Below, in pieces: positions 8,240 to 16,643 of a DNA stretch of 40,771 bases. The notes below the pieces were generated by a model. The model saw nothing but the letters and a program-made list of their open reading frames with translations. It was not told where the DNA came from and searched no databases. The position numbers and the translations under genes are program-made. Source of the stretch: a virus. Lineage: Duplodnaviria; Caudoviricetes. The number at the start of each line of letters is the position of its first letter. Positions within the stretch are counted from its first letter, which is position 1. The stretch lies in the IMG/VR virus record IMGVR_UViG_3300049135_000080, positions 1 to 40,771 of that record; one strand, written 5' to 3'.

Positions 8240-8556
8240 GCCTCCACATCGACGCCGACATCAAGTTCGACTCCAAAGTCCTCACCGACGTCGCCGAAGC
8301 CCTCGAACCCCACGCCACCAACATGTTCAAGCAGCGCCAGGGCCGCTGGATGGCCGTCGTCGAGCTGGCCCACGTCGAGCGCACCGAGCCCGGCCCCGAA
8401 GAGGACAAGGCCCCGTCCGTGAAGGTCCGCGTGGTCGGCATCGAGGTGGCCGCCGACGAGATCACCGGCGGCCGGCTCCGCGGCCTCCAGCGGGAGATGT
8501 ACGACCGGCGCACCAGCGGCGGCACCCTCTTTGAGAACGAGGACGAGGTCGCGTGA
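8236..8556 (+). CDS. Hypothetical protein
   Basis: AAGGAG RBS, ATGA overlap. Confidence 0.7.
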   Translation: MSLHIDADIKFDSKVLTDVAEALEPHATNMFKQRQGRWMAVVELAHVERTEPGPEEDKAPSVKVRVVGIEVAADEITGGRLRGLQREMYDRRTSGGTLFENEDEVA

Positions 8557-8852
8557 TGGCGTACATCGGACACCGCTGCGACTGCGGACACAGCGACCTT
8601 CAGCACACCGGCGACGGCACCGGAAAGCTCGGCGCCTGCCAGGCCAGCTACGGATACTCCTGCGGCCGCGGCTGCGGCCCGACGCCGGAGCCCGAGGTGA
8701 TCTCCACCTTTGACTCCAAGGGCCGGCCCATCGAGCGGATCATCCCGCCCGGCGACGGACTGAAGTCGGAGAGCGGAGCGCCGATCGTGCGGACCTGCCC
8801 GTGTGACGCGTGCACCGCACTGCACAGCGAGCTGGCCGGGACGCCGGCCTGA
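8553..8852 (+). CDS. Cys-rich hypothetical protein
   Basis: CDCGH...C...C...C and CPCDAC motifs. Confidence 0.6.
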   Translation: MMAYIGHRCDCGHSDLQHTGDGTGKLGACQASYGYSCGRGCGPTPEPEVISTFDSKGRPIERIIPPGDGLKSESGAPIVRTCPCDACTALHSELAGTPA

Positions 8853-9154
8853 TGAGCAGGCGATGGGGCAGGCAGGGGAGCGCCGACTCCCGTTGCCCTG
8901 CCTGCTCCGTCGCCGTCATCACCCAGTGGGTCGGCACCGTGGCCGCCGTCAAGGTCACCGCCGAACTCACCCCGCTCACGCCCGCCGAGCAGACGGCAGC
9001 ACGCACGCCCAACCGGCTCATCTGGTGCCACTACCAGGCCAGCCCGCACACCACGGCGCGGCTCCGCTGGATCCACTCCAGCCACCCGCCCGACTGCCCG
9101 CACCCGCACCTGGCCGAGCACCAGTGCAACCCCGAGCCCACCACACTGTTCTAG
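8852..9154 (+). CDS. Cys/His-rich hypothetical protein
   Basis: CPAC...CPHPHLAEHQC. Coupled start. Confidence 0.6.
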   Translation: MSRRWGRQGSADSRCPACSVAVITQWVGTVAAVKVTAELTPLTPAEQTAARTPNRLIWCHYQASPHTTARLRWIHSSHPPDCPHPHLAEHQCNPEPTTLF

Positions 9155-9162
9155 GAGAGCCC

Positions 9163-10944
9163 GTGGACAACGTCCGCCCCCTGCCGCGCGACCAGGCGGA
9201 CCACGACGGCCTCAACATGCGCGCCCCCCACGACGCCGAGGCCGAACAACTGGTCATCGGCGCCGTCATGCACGACGCGAACGCCTACCAGGCCTGCGCC
9301 GCCATCATCGACCGCGGCGACTTCTACGTCCCCGCCCACCGGCTCCTGTGGGACACCGTCGCCGGGCTCGTCGCCGCCGGCACACCACCACACCCCGTCC
9401 TCGTCCGCGCCGAGATCGAAAAGCAGGGCAGGCTCCGCGAAGTCGACGGCGGCCAGCTCATCATCCGCCTCGGCTCCGACTACCTGCCAGCCGCCAGCGC
9501 CCCCCACTTCGCCGAGCAGATCTACGAGACCGCCCGGCAGCGCCGCTACGACCAGCACGCCAACGAACTCAAGGCCGCCATCCTCCGCGGCACCGACGGC
9601 GACGAACTCGAAGCGCTCGTCCACCAGTTCAACCAGGGCGAGCAGCTCCGCGAAACCACCGGCCGCGGCCCCGCCCACCTCGTCGCCGCGCTCCTCAACT
9701 GGGGCACCTTCTTCGCCACCGACTTCGGCGCCATCCAGCTCCTGCCCGGCAAGCTCATGGGCCCCGGCCAGCAGATCACCGTCGTCGGCGACGGCAAGGC
9801 CGGCAAGTCCCTGTTCGTGCAGGAGTGGGCCTGGCGCATGGCCACCGGCCAGTCGTTCCTCGGGGACAAGCCGCAGGACCCGGTGCGGATCCTGTACTTG
9901 GACGCCGAGAACGGGCAGGAGCAGGTCCAAGAGCGGTTCCTGTCGTTCGGTGCCGGACCGCTGTCCATGGGCGAGCTGCGGTACGCCTCGTTCCCGCCCG
10001 TGCGCCCCCTCGACACCGCGGGCGGCGGCGCGGACCTGATCGCCCTCGCCAAGGCCACCGACGCCGAGTTGGTCGTCATCGACACCGTCTCCCGGTTCAT
10101 CTCCGGCCCCGAGAACGACGCCGACACCTGGCTGGGCCTCTACCGGCACACCCTCCTGCCCCTCAAGCGCGACCGCATCGCCTCCATCCGCCTCGACCAC
10201 TTCGGCAAGGACAAGGAACGCGGCGGCCGCGGCTCGTCCGCCAAGACCCAGGACGTCGACCACGTCTGGGAGCTCGCCGCACAGGGCGGCGGTGCCCTCA
10301 CCCTCAAGCGCACCCACACCCGCACCGGCATCGGCCCCGACCACTTCAGCCTCCTGCGCCAGGCCCGCCGCGACGGCGACAACTGGGCTATCGGCGGCAC
10401 CCGCCACGTCGTCATGACGTACGAGCAGGAGGCCACCGGACTTGCCGCCGTCCCCGGCACCGTCGAGCACATCATCGCCACCCTCGACGCTGCTGGCCTG
10501 CCCAACGACGCCGGCAACCGCGTCGCCCGCCAGGCCCTCGCGGACCGCCAGGTCCCCGGCGGCAGCGACAAGATCGCCGAGGCTGTCCGACGCCGCAAAG
10601 CCCGCCCGATTCAGCCCGGTATCGACGTTTCCGGAAACCGTTCCGGAGACCCCTCCCAAACACCGTTCCCGGAAACGTTTCCCGGAACGCACCCCGGAAC
10701 GGGCGAAACCGCAGGTCAAACGTTTCCCGGAAACGTCGCGGAACACCCCGGAACGCCCCCCGTTCCCCACGTTCCCCCCTCGAAGAGGGGGAACGGGGAG
10801 GGAACACGCGGAACAGCAGGCACCGAAAAGCCCCTCTGCACCGTCTGCCACGGCCCCCTTGCACCCGAACTCACCGCACAGGGATACGCCACCCACATCG
10901 GCTGCGACCCCACCACCGGCAGCCACCCCGACACCGCCGCATAA
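9163..10944 (+). CDS. Replication protein: DnaB N-terminal domain + RecA/AAA_25-type helicase + C-terminal zinc knuckle
   Basis: PHDAEAEQLVIGAV...DFYVPAHRLLW (DnaB-N), Walker A GDGKAGKS, Walker B LVVID, H...K...RGSSA, C-terminal CTVC...HIGC. AGGAG before GTG 9163. Confidence 0.85.
   Translation: MDNVRPLPRDQADHDGLNMRAPHDAEAEQLVIGAVMHDANAYQACAAIIDRGDFYVPAHRLLWDTVAGLVAAGTPPHPVLVRAEIEKQGRLREVDGGQLIIRLGSDYLPAASAPHFAEQIYETARQRRYDQHANELKAAILRGTDGDELEALVHQFNQGEQLRETTGRGPAHLVAALLNWGTFFATDFGAIQLLPGKLMGPGQQITVVGDGKAGKSLFVQEWAWRMATGQSFLGDKPQDPVRILYLDAENGQEQVQERFLSFGAGPLSMGELRYASFPPVRPLDTAGGGADLIALAKATDAELVVIDTVSRFISGPENDADTWLGLYRHTLLPLKRDRIASIRLDHFGKDKERGGRGSSAKTQDVDHVWELAAQGGGALTLKRTHTRTGIGPDHFSLLRQARRDGDNWAIGGTRHVVMTYEQEATGLAAVPGTVEHIIATLDAAGLPNDAGNRVARQALADRQVPGGSDKIAEAVRRRKARPIQPGIDVSGNRSGDPSQTPFPETFPGTHPGTGETAGQTFPGNVAEHPGTPPVPHVPPSKRGNGEGTRGTAGTEKPLCTVCHGPLAPELTAQGYATHIGCDPTTGSHPDTAA
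10627..10814. repeat. Iteron-like GGAA(A)C/GTT(T)CC cluster, putative replication origin
   Basis: Palindrome GTTTCCGGAAAC (10627-38), AAACGTTTCCCGGAA x2 (10673, 10718), CACCCCGGAACG x2 (10690, 10744), GTTCCCCC...GGGGGAAC (10771-94). Confidence 0.65.
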
Positions 10945-10960
10945 CCAACAGGAGACCCAC

Positions 10961-11287
10961 ATGTATCCCGCCCTCTTCACCACCCCCGGCGTGAAGGCCT
11001 TCGCCGAAGCCGTCGACACCGAACGCCAGGCACAGATCGCCAAGTTCGGCGACCAGAAGCACCCCGACTGCACAGGGGCCGAGTACTACGTCGGCATGGC
11101 CGACCAGGCCCGCGACGACGTCGAGCACGCCGCCGAATCCCTCACCGGCCCCCGCTGGTCGCTGATCCTCCTCGAAGAGGTCTACGAAGCGCTCGCCGAA
11201 TCGGACCCAGCCAAGCTGCGCACCGAGCTGATCCAAGTCGCCGCCGTCTGCGCCGCATGGATCCACGACCTCGACACCCGCGCCTGA
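10961..11287 (+). CDS. MazG-like nucleotide pyrophosphohydrolase fold protein
   Basis: ILLEEVYEA...ELIQVAAVCAAW. AGGAG RBS. Confidence 0.6.
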   Translation: MYPALFTTPGVKAFAEAVDTERQAQIAKFGDQKHPDCTGAEYYVGMADQARDDVEHAAESLTGPRWSLILLEEVYEALAESDPAKLRTELIQVAAVCAAWIHDLDTRA

Positions 11288-11331
11288 CCAACGCCCCCTC
11301 TGCCAACCACCCTCCCGAGAGGACGGCCACG

Positions 11332-11886
11332 ATGATCCCGCTGCCCGACTTCCTCACCACCGGCCGCGCCTCCTGCACCCCCACCAGCGCCGGTCTCTTC
11401 CAATCCCGCGACCGCGCCGACGAGCAGCAGGCCAAGGCCATCTGCGCCACCTGCCCGCTGCTCCTCGCCTGCCAGGCCTGGGCCCTCGACACCGACGAAC
11501 GGTGGGGCACCTGGGGTGGACTGTCGGCCAACGACCGGGTACGGCTCCGTCACGGCCGCGGACTGTGGGTCGATGACGAGGGACGTCTCCGGCAGCCCTG
11601 CGGTAGTTCTGCCGCGCTCGGAGCTCACCACGGATACGGCGAGACATGCGAGCCGTGCGAGACCGCCGAGCGGGCGCGTGTGACGGCGCAGCGTCAGGTT
11701 GCGCTCGAGCGGGAGCACAACCGGCCGAGGGGCGGCAGCCGTCGCGGGTACGAGCTGCACCAGCTGCTCGGCGAGGAGCCGTGCGTGCCGTGCACGAAGG
11801 GTGCGCGGATGTCGGCTGCGATCCGGGCGGCGAGGTCGCGGGGGAAGACGTCGCGCCCGGCCCCCGGTCTGGCGCTCGCGTCATGA
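11332..11886 (+). CDS. whiB: WhiB-family regulator with C-terminal Cys/His extension
   Basis: C...AKAICATCPLLLAC...GTWGGLS. Confidence 0.85.
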   Translation: MIPLPDFLTTGRASCTPTSAGLFQSRDRADEQQAKAICATCPLLLACQAWALDTDERWGTWGGLSANDRVRLRHGRGLWVDDEGRLRQPCGSSAALGAHHGYGETCEPCETAERARVTAQRQVALEREHNRPRGGSRRGYELHQLLGEEPCVPCTKGARMSAAIRAARSRGKTSRPAPGLALAS

Positions 11887-11950
11887 CCGCCCTGGCGCTC
11901 CTCGGCGCGCTCCTCGGGGCTCTCGCCCTCCCACCACGAAAGGCACGCCG

Positions 11951-12172
11951 ATGACCACGGCCCGCATCATCACCGCCCTGCCAGCCGTCTGCGTCCTCGG
12001 CGCGCTCCTCGTCCTCGCCGTCCTGCTGCTCGCCGAGGCCCGCCGCCTCCGCCGCGCAGCCCGTACTGCTGAGCGTGCCGCCCGCCCACACTCCGTCCAC
12101 GCCGCCACTGCCGCACAGGACGCCGCCGCCCTGATGACCGCCCGACTCCGAGAGGAGCAGCACCGGCCATGA
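11951..12172 (+). CDS. Small membrane protein
   Basis: One TM helix followed by a basic tail. GAAAGG RBS. Confidence 0.6.
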   Translation: MTTARIITALPAVCVLGALLVLAVLLLAEARRLRRAARTAERAARPHSVHAATAAQDAAALMTARLREEQHRP

Positions 12173-12489
12173 ACACCGAACTGCTCACCCTGTTCGACCT
12201 CCTCCCGGACAGTCCGCCCGCGCCGGACGTCGAGCCGTGCATGTGGCACCTCAAGGAAGCCCCACAGGCCACCCACCGGGTGGTCAAGGCCGCCGACCTC
12301 CTCGACCCCACATGGTGGCGGTGGGGCAGCCTCCCCGACGGAGCCATCGCCGGCGGCAACGGCCACCCCATGCAGCTGTACGTCGTGGGAGCTGGCTACT
12401 GCGACGCCTGCATCGCCCGTGATGCCGGGGCCTGGCTGACCCCAGGAACGGTCCGCCACTTCATCCCCATTGCTGGCGGTGCTTCATGA
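12169..12489 (+). CDS. Hypothetical protein
   Basis: GAGGAG RBS, ATGA overlap, CxxC motif. Confidence 0.6.
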   Translation: MNTELLTLFDLLPDSPPAPDVEPCMWHLKEAPQATHRVVKAADLLDPTWWRWGSLPDGAIAGGNGHPMQLYVVGAGYCDACIARDAGAWLTPGTVRHFIPIAGGAS

Positions 12490-12671
12490 CCGGCCCTTCG
12501 TCCACCCCGCGCGGCGAACACCCCGGCCGGCCCGGCACCACATGGGAGACCCGCCTCGTCGTCGTCGAGACCGTCATCCCCGACGACGCAGACGACGACG
12601 CCCCGACGACGCCCCCACCGAACCGCGCCACCCGCCGCGCCCTCGCCAGAAGGAAGCCCCGCCGTGCCTGA
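12486..12671 (+). CDS. Hypothetical protein
   Basis: Coupled on both sides. NRATRRA basic end. Confidence 0.55.
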   Translation: MTGPSSTPRGEHPGRPGTTWETRLVVVETVIPDDADDDAPTTPPPNRATRRALARRKPRRA

Positions 12672-13437
12672 CCACTACGCCAAACTCACCCGCGCCGTCG
12701 TCGAGATCGGGACGCAGCTCCGACGCCTCGCCGACGCCAACACGACGCCCGTCGGCACCTGCGACACCTCCCTCGCCGAAGGCATCGCTGGTCCGCTCGG
12801 CCCGTGCATCCTGCGCTTCGAGCACGACGGGCCCGTCCACCAGGACGCCGACGGCCGACGCTGGTCGACGGCCGTCTCCGACGCCCCGACGACGACGCCC
12901 TACGACGACCCGCGTTGCGTCTGTGGCGACCCCATCGTCCTCAGTGGTGACCCGGCCCGCTGGATCCACGGTCCTGGAGCGGGCACGCCCGCCCTCGACG
13001 CCCACACTGTTCGGCCCGTCCCGGCCGCTGACCATGCCCCGTACCTGCTCCGCGTCCTCGCCGACCGTGCGGCGCGCGGTGCTCTCTCCCTGCCTGGGGA
13101 AGGTGAGGCCCTGCGCCGCCGAGTCGAGCAGGCCATCGACCGCGGCGACCAGCTGCGTGCCCAGCGGGACCAGGTCGAGGAGCTCCTCCGCGTAGCGCAC
13201 GAGACGTCCAACCGGTCGGAAGCCGAACGCGCCCGCGCGGTGCAGCGGGCCGAGCGGGCCGAGGAGCAGCGCGACCAGCTGCGCGTCACCCTCGACGAGG
13301 TGCTCCGCCACTTCGTACGCAAGGGCCACCCAGGCGCGCCGTGCCTCGAGTCCGGATGGGTCCACGAGGACACCGTCGCCCGGTGGCGCGCCGTCCTCCA
13401 CCCGCCGGCCGCCGAGGAGCAGTCCTCCCAGCGCTAG
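12664..13437 (+). CDS. Hypothetical coiled-coil protein
   Basis: AAGGAAG RBS, coiled-coil C-terminal half. Last gene of the early operon. Confidence 0.65.
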   Translation: MPDHYAKLTRAVVEIGTQLRRLADANTTPVGTCDTSLAEGIAGPLGPCILRFEHDGPVHQDADGRRWSTAVSDAPTTTPYDDPRCVCGDPIVLSGDPARWIHGPGAGTPALDAHTVRPVPAADHAPYLLRVLADRAARGALSLPGEGEALRRRVEQAIDRGDQLRAQRDQVEELLRVAHETSNRSEAERARAVQRAERAEEQRDQLRVTLDEVLRHFVRKGHPGAPCLESGWVHEDTVARWRAVLHPPAAEEQSSQR

Positions 13438-13667
13438 TCACATGGGATACGGCGTGCGAGCGCACTGGCGAGATGGAAGGCAATCTCATGCCCCTCGCTG
13501 TCCCCCGACGCCAGCGTCTGCAACAGGTACATGGCCGCTCGCGCCTCTCCCAGGGTCACGAGCGGCAGCCGCTCCCCGCCCTCTTCAGCCCAGGTCCAGA
13601 GCTTCTCTTCCATCTCGGTCTCGGGTGGGGCCAGAAGCTGGGCCCGACCGTCGTTCCATGAGTGCAT
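13434..13667 (-). CDS. Hypothetical protein
   Basis: 77-aa ORF with globular-looking composition, converging on the early operon. Confidence 0.55.
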   Translation of the reverse strand: MHSWNDGRAQLLAPPETEMEEKLWTWAEEGGERLPLVTLGEARAAMYLLQTLASGDSEGHEIAFHLASALARRIPCD

Positions 13668-13751
13668 GCCCTATCAACGTTGGCACCCTCACGGGGGTCA
13701 CGACGCAGGCCAGCCGCCCCGCCGCCCACACCGGACGACGGGGCGTCGCCG

Positions 13752-14027
13752 TCAGCTCATGCCCTTCCAAATCCGCCACGCCCGCGACCGATCCACCCCG
13801 ATCGCCTCACCAATCTCCGGGAAATCCATCCCACCCCGATACAGCGTGTCGACCGCGGCCTGCCGGATCGCCGCCGGCAACCCCTGCTCCGCCTTCCACT
13901 CCCGCAGCACCAGGCCAGCCGCCCGCGCCCGGACAGCCGCATCGGGGATCGCCTCCAGTTGGCGCAGCGCAGCGCGTACCGCCTCCAGTGCCCGGTCCGC
14001 TGCCGCGCGTGCCTCGTCTTCTGCCAC
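13752..14027 (-). CDS. Small HTH regulator (Kor-like position)
   Basis: GGGAGG RBS before GTG 14027. C-terminal HTH MDFPEIGEAIGVDRSRAWRI. Confidence 0.8.
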   Translation of the reverse strand: MAEDEARAAADRALEAVRAALRQLEAIPDAAVRARAAGLVLREWKAEQGLPAAIRQAAVDTLYRGGMDFPEIGEAIGVDRSRAWRIWKGMS

Positions 14028-14070
14028 GGTCCACCTCCCGCCCGGAGCGTAGGTCTGCACACAGCGTCCC

Positions 14071-14108
14071 GTGTCGGGTACCCTCAACGCGTGTCGGGTA
14101 TCCGACAC
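14071..14108. promoter_or_regulatory. Tandem operator GTGTCGGGTA x2
   Basis: Direct repeats 20 bp apart. The second copy forms the palindrome GTGTCGG-GTAT-CCGACAC. Lies between the divergent HTH and DUF2637-like genes. Confidence 0.65.
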
Positions 14109-14214
14109 CGCGTCACGACGGGCCCGACGGCCCCGACGACGCCCCACAACTGAACGACCCCCGCAGGCGCTGCGAACGCCGAACGGGGGTCTGACCACAG
14201 GAGCGTGCACTCCC

Positions 14215-15066
14215 ATGGCTGACCAGCAGCCTACCCGCGCCCGCCGTATTAGCGCCCCCATCCGCATCGCCTGGGCCCTCGTCCTCGTCATGATGCTCGC
14301 CGCGGCCGCATGGTCCATCAGCGGCAAGCTCATCGCCTGGGGCATGACCCCGAAACTCGCCTGGGCCCTCAGCTTGATGTTCGACCTGGCCGGCCTGATC
14401 TGCGCCGAGTACGCCCGCCGCGCCATCGAGCGCGGCTCCCCCGCCGGTCTGGCCCGGCTGGCGATCTTTGGGTTCGTCGTCGTGTCCGGCGCCCTGAACT
14501 TCGACCACGGCCGCGAGATCGGCGGAACAGTCGCCGGGTGCGGCCTCGCCTCGATTTCCGCTGCCGTGGAGCTGCTGTTCGAGCTGCACCGCCGCGACAT
14601 TCGCGACGAGCAGCGCTCCGCCCGTGGCCTCATCGCCGAGCGCCTGCCGCACATCCCGCTGTTGGGCTGGGTGATGTACCCGGTCCGGTCGTTCCTCACG
14701 CTGCGCGGTGCGGTCGGTGCGCGGCTCGACGTGCTGGACCCGGTGCAGCGCCCGGTGCCGACGCCCGTCGTCGAGCGCGTCGCCCCGCCGTCGGTCCCGG
14801 TCCCGCCCGTCACGCCGAAGGCCCCGGCCCCCGAGCTCCCGCCCGCGCCGATCGCCTACCGCGACCCCCGGTGCGCCGTGATCCGCCCCCTCTACGACCT
14901 CGGCACCCGGCCCGGCACCGTCGCCATGCGGGAAGCGCTCCTCGAAACCGGCCACGGCCGCGTCGCCGACTCCACCATCCGCGGCGTCCTCCGCAAGGAA
15001 GTCGAGGAGCACGAGCCGCACCTCGCGCAGCTGCCGCCCTTGATCGGCATGGGGATGAGCGGCTGA
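14215..15066 (+). CDS. DUF2637/SpdB-like multi-pass membrane protein
   Basis: About four TM helices with W...FD and S...N..H motifs, Pro-rich linker, small C-terminal domain. AGGAG RBS. Confidence 0.7.
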   Translation: MADQQPTRARRISAPIRIAWALVLVMMLAAAAWSISGKLIAWGMTPKLAWALSLMFDLAGLICAEYARRAIERGSPAGLARLAIFGFVVVSGALNFDHGREIGGTVAGCGLASISAAVELLFELHRRDIRDEQRSARGLIAERLPHIPLLGWVMYPVRSFLTLRGAVGARLDVLDPVQRPVPTPVVERVAPPSVPVPPVTPKAPAPELPPAPIAYRDPRCAVIRPLYDLGTRPGTVAMREALLETGHGRVADSTIRGVLRKEVEEHEPHLAQLPPLIGMGMSG

Positions 15067-15206
15067 TGTGGCCCGTGTTCGTGCTCGCCATGGTCGGCGG
15101 GTTCTGTGGCCTGACCCTCATCTCCTGGCGCGAAGTGCCGCTCCACGTCGGCACCGCCGCGCTCGTCCTGACCCTCGCCGCGCTCGGCGTGGCCATCCTC
15201 CACTGA
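15066..15206 (+). CDS. Small 2-TM membrane protein
   Basis: TGATG coupling. MWPVFVLAMVGG...LAALGVAILH. Confidence 0.7.
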   Translation: MWPVFVLAMVGGFCGLTLISWREVPLHVGTAALVLTLAALGVAILH

Positions 15207-15214
15207 GGACCCCC

Positions 15215-15727
15215 GTGAACATCACCACGTACAACGTGCTCTCCCTCGGCGGCGTCACCGTCGGCCTGTCCATCCTCGGCTGGGTCATCACCCAGTGGTG
15301 GATGAGCAACAAGAAGAAGAACCTGAAGGCGTTCCTGAAGCTGGTCCCCTTCCTGCTCTGCGCCTCCTACGGCATGGTCCTCGTCCTCTCGGCCGGCGGT
15401 CTCCTCGGCGCCGGGGCCGACTGGACCATGTGGGGCACCAGCGAGATCGGGAACGCTGCCCTCCAGTACGGCGTGGGCGGCGGCACGCCAGCCGTCACTC
15501 GCGGCTCGAACCTCGTCCTGTCCGACGGCGGGCATGCGGTCGTCATCATCGCCACCGTCTGTCTCATCGCCGCGTGGACGTTGCGCCGCGGCTTCCGGTG
15601 GGACCTGTTTGCTGCGGTTGTCTGCGGCATCAGCTTGGGCCTGTCGTCCGGCATCGCGGGCGCTGCGGGGTACGTCCTCTCTCCGGTCGTGTCCGGCGCT
15701 GGTGACGCTGTGGTGGGTCTGCTGTGA
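15215..15727 (+). CDS. Multi-pass Gly-rich membrane protein
   Basis: GAGG RBS, about 4 hydrophobic segments, GxxxG motifs. Confidence 0.75.
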   Translation: MNITTYNVLSLGGVTVGLSILGWVITQWWMSNKKKNLKAFLKLVPFLLCASYGMVLVLSAGGLLGAGADWTMWGTSEIGNAALQYGVGGGTPAVTRGSNLVLSDGGHAVVIIATVCLIAAWTLRRGFRWDLFAAVVCGISLGLSSGIAGAAGYVLSPVVSGAGDAVVGLL

Positions 15728-16098
15728 AGGCGCGGATCGTGGCCGTGTGGGGGCGGCTGTGCCTCGGCACCGGACTGATGTTCAACCGGCTGGAGGACGC
15801 GCTCGACGCGTCGTCCGGGTGGGGCCTGCTGGGCCGGATCGGTGGCGGGGTCGGTGGGGTGTGGCTCCTCGATGGGGTCGTGTCTCGTCAACCGGCGCTG
15901 GTGTACGGGCTGCCGGTCGTGTGGCTGTTCGCGGCGTGGCGGGTGTCCGATTCGTCCGCCACTCCCCCACCGAGAGGGGTTGCCGCCCGATCGGACGTTG
16001 ATGCAGATCAGGCGCGTAAAGCGGCGAGAGTGGCTACGGACCCGAACGGGGTTATGTGCATCCTCCATCCGGTTGGGGAGGAGGTGACTGAGCGATGA
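15724..16098 (+). CDS. Membrane protein
   Basis: GTGA overlap. Hydrophobic segments ending in WLFAAWR. Confidence 0.65.
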   Translation: MKARIVAVWGRLCLGTGLMFNRLEDALDASSGWGLLGRIGGGVGGVWLLDGVVSRQPALVYGLPVVWLFAAWRVSDSSATPPPRGVAARSDVDADQARKAARVATDPNGVMCILHPVGEEVTER

Positions 16099-16190
16099 TG
16101 CTGCGTCTCCTCTCCGCCCTGCGGATCGAGTTCCCGCCGCTGCCGTACTGCGCCCGCTGCGGCGGCCACTACCCGCCCCACAGCCACTGA
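16095..16190 (+). CDS. 31-aa CxxC peptide
   Basis: GGAGG RBS, ATGA overlap. MMLRLLSALRIEFPPLPYCARCGGHYPPHSH. Confidence 0.5.
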   Translation: MMLRLLSALRIEFPPLPYCARCGGHYPPHSH

Positions 16191-16205
16191 CGAGAGGATG
16201 AACCC

Positions 16206-16643
16206 ATGAGCGACGACCTGGTGGCGTTCCTGCGGGCCCGCCTCGACGACGATGAGCAGGCGGCGCGGGCATGCGCGAGTGCGCCATGGGAGGTCGAGAT
16301 CCCGCCCATGGTCCACGTCAGCGTGCAGGCGAGGCGTGACAACAAGTGGAAGTGGGGAAGGCTCGGCTACGTCGCCACGGTTGAGAGAGACGAGGACCGT
16401 GCGCACATCGCCCGCCACGACCCGGCCCGCGTCCTTGCCGACGTCGAGGCGAAGCGGCAGATCGTTGAGCAGCACAAGCCGGCCAAACTGAGCTACCTGC
16501 CGAGCCGAGAGCGAGGCTGCGTGACCTGCTCAACTGCTCAGACGTGGGACGCACAGGCGAACGAGGCGAACTGTCAGACGCTGCGCCTGCTCGCCCTGCC
16601 CTACGCCGACCACCCGGACTACCGGGACGAGTGGCGGCCATGA
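16206..16643 (+). CDS. DUF6221-like protein
   Basis: DLVAFLRARLDDDE...HIARHDPARVLADVEAKR...LALPYADHPDYRDEW. Confidence 0.8.
   Translation: MSDDLVAFLRARLDDDEQAARACASAPWEVEIPPMVHVSVQARRDNKWKWGRLGYVATVERDEDRAHIARHDPARVLADVEAKRQIVEQHKPAKLSYLPSRERGCVTCSTAQTWDAQANEANCQTLRLLALPYADHPDYRDEWRP

Noticed and set aside
10627-10814. CRISPR-like array
   Set aside because: The repeats are short, irregularly spaced, in both orientations and inside a CDS. There are no unique spacers or cas genes.
9151-11073. Long antisense ORFs (also 18517-20391, 23129-24523, 32487-33785, 39430-40554)
   Set aside because: These are shadow frames expected from high GC3 opposite well-supported genes, with no recognisable motifs.
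11883-11954. 23-aa hydrophobic micro-ORF
   Set aside because: It is coupled on both sides but too short to support without conservation or Ribo-seq data.
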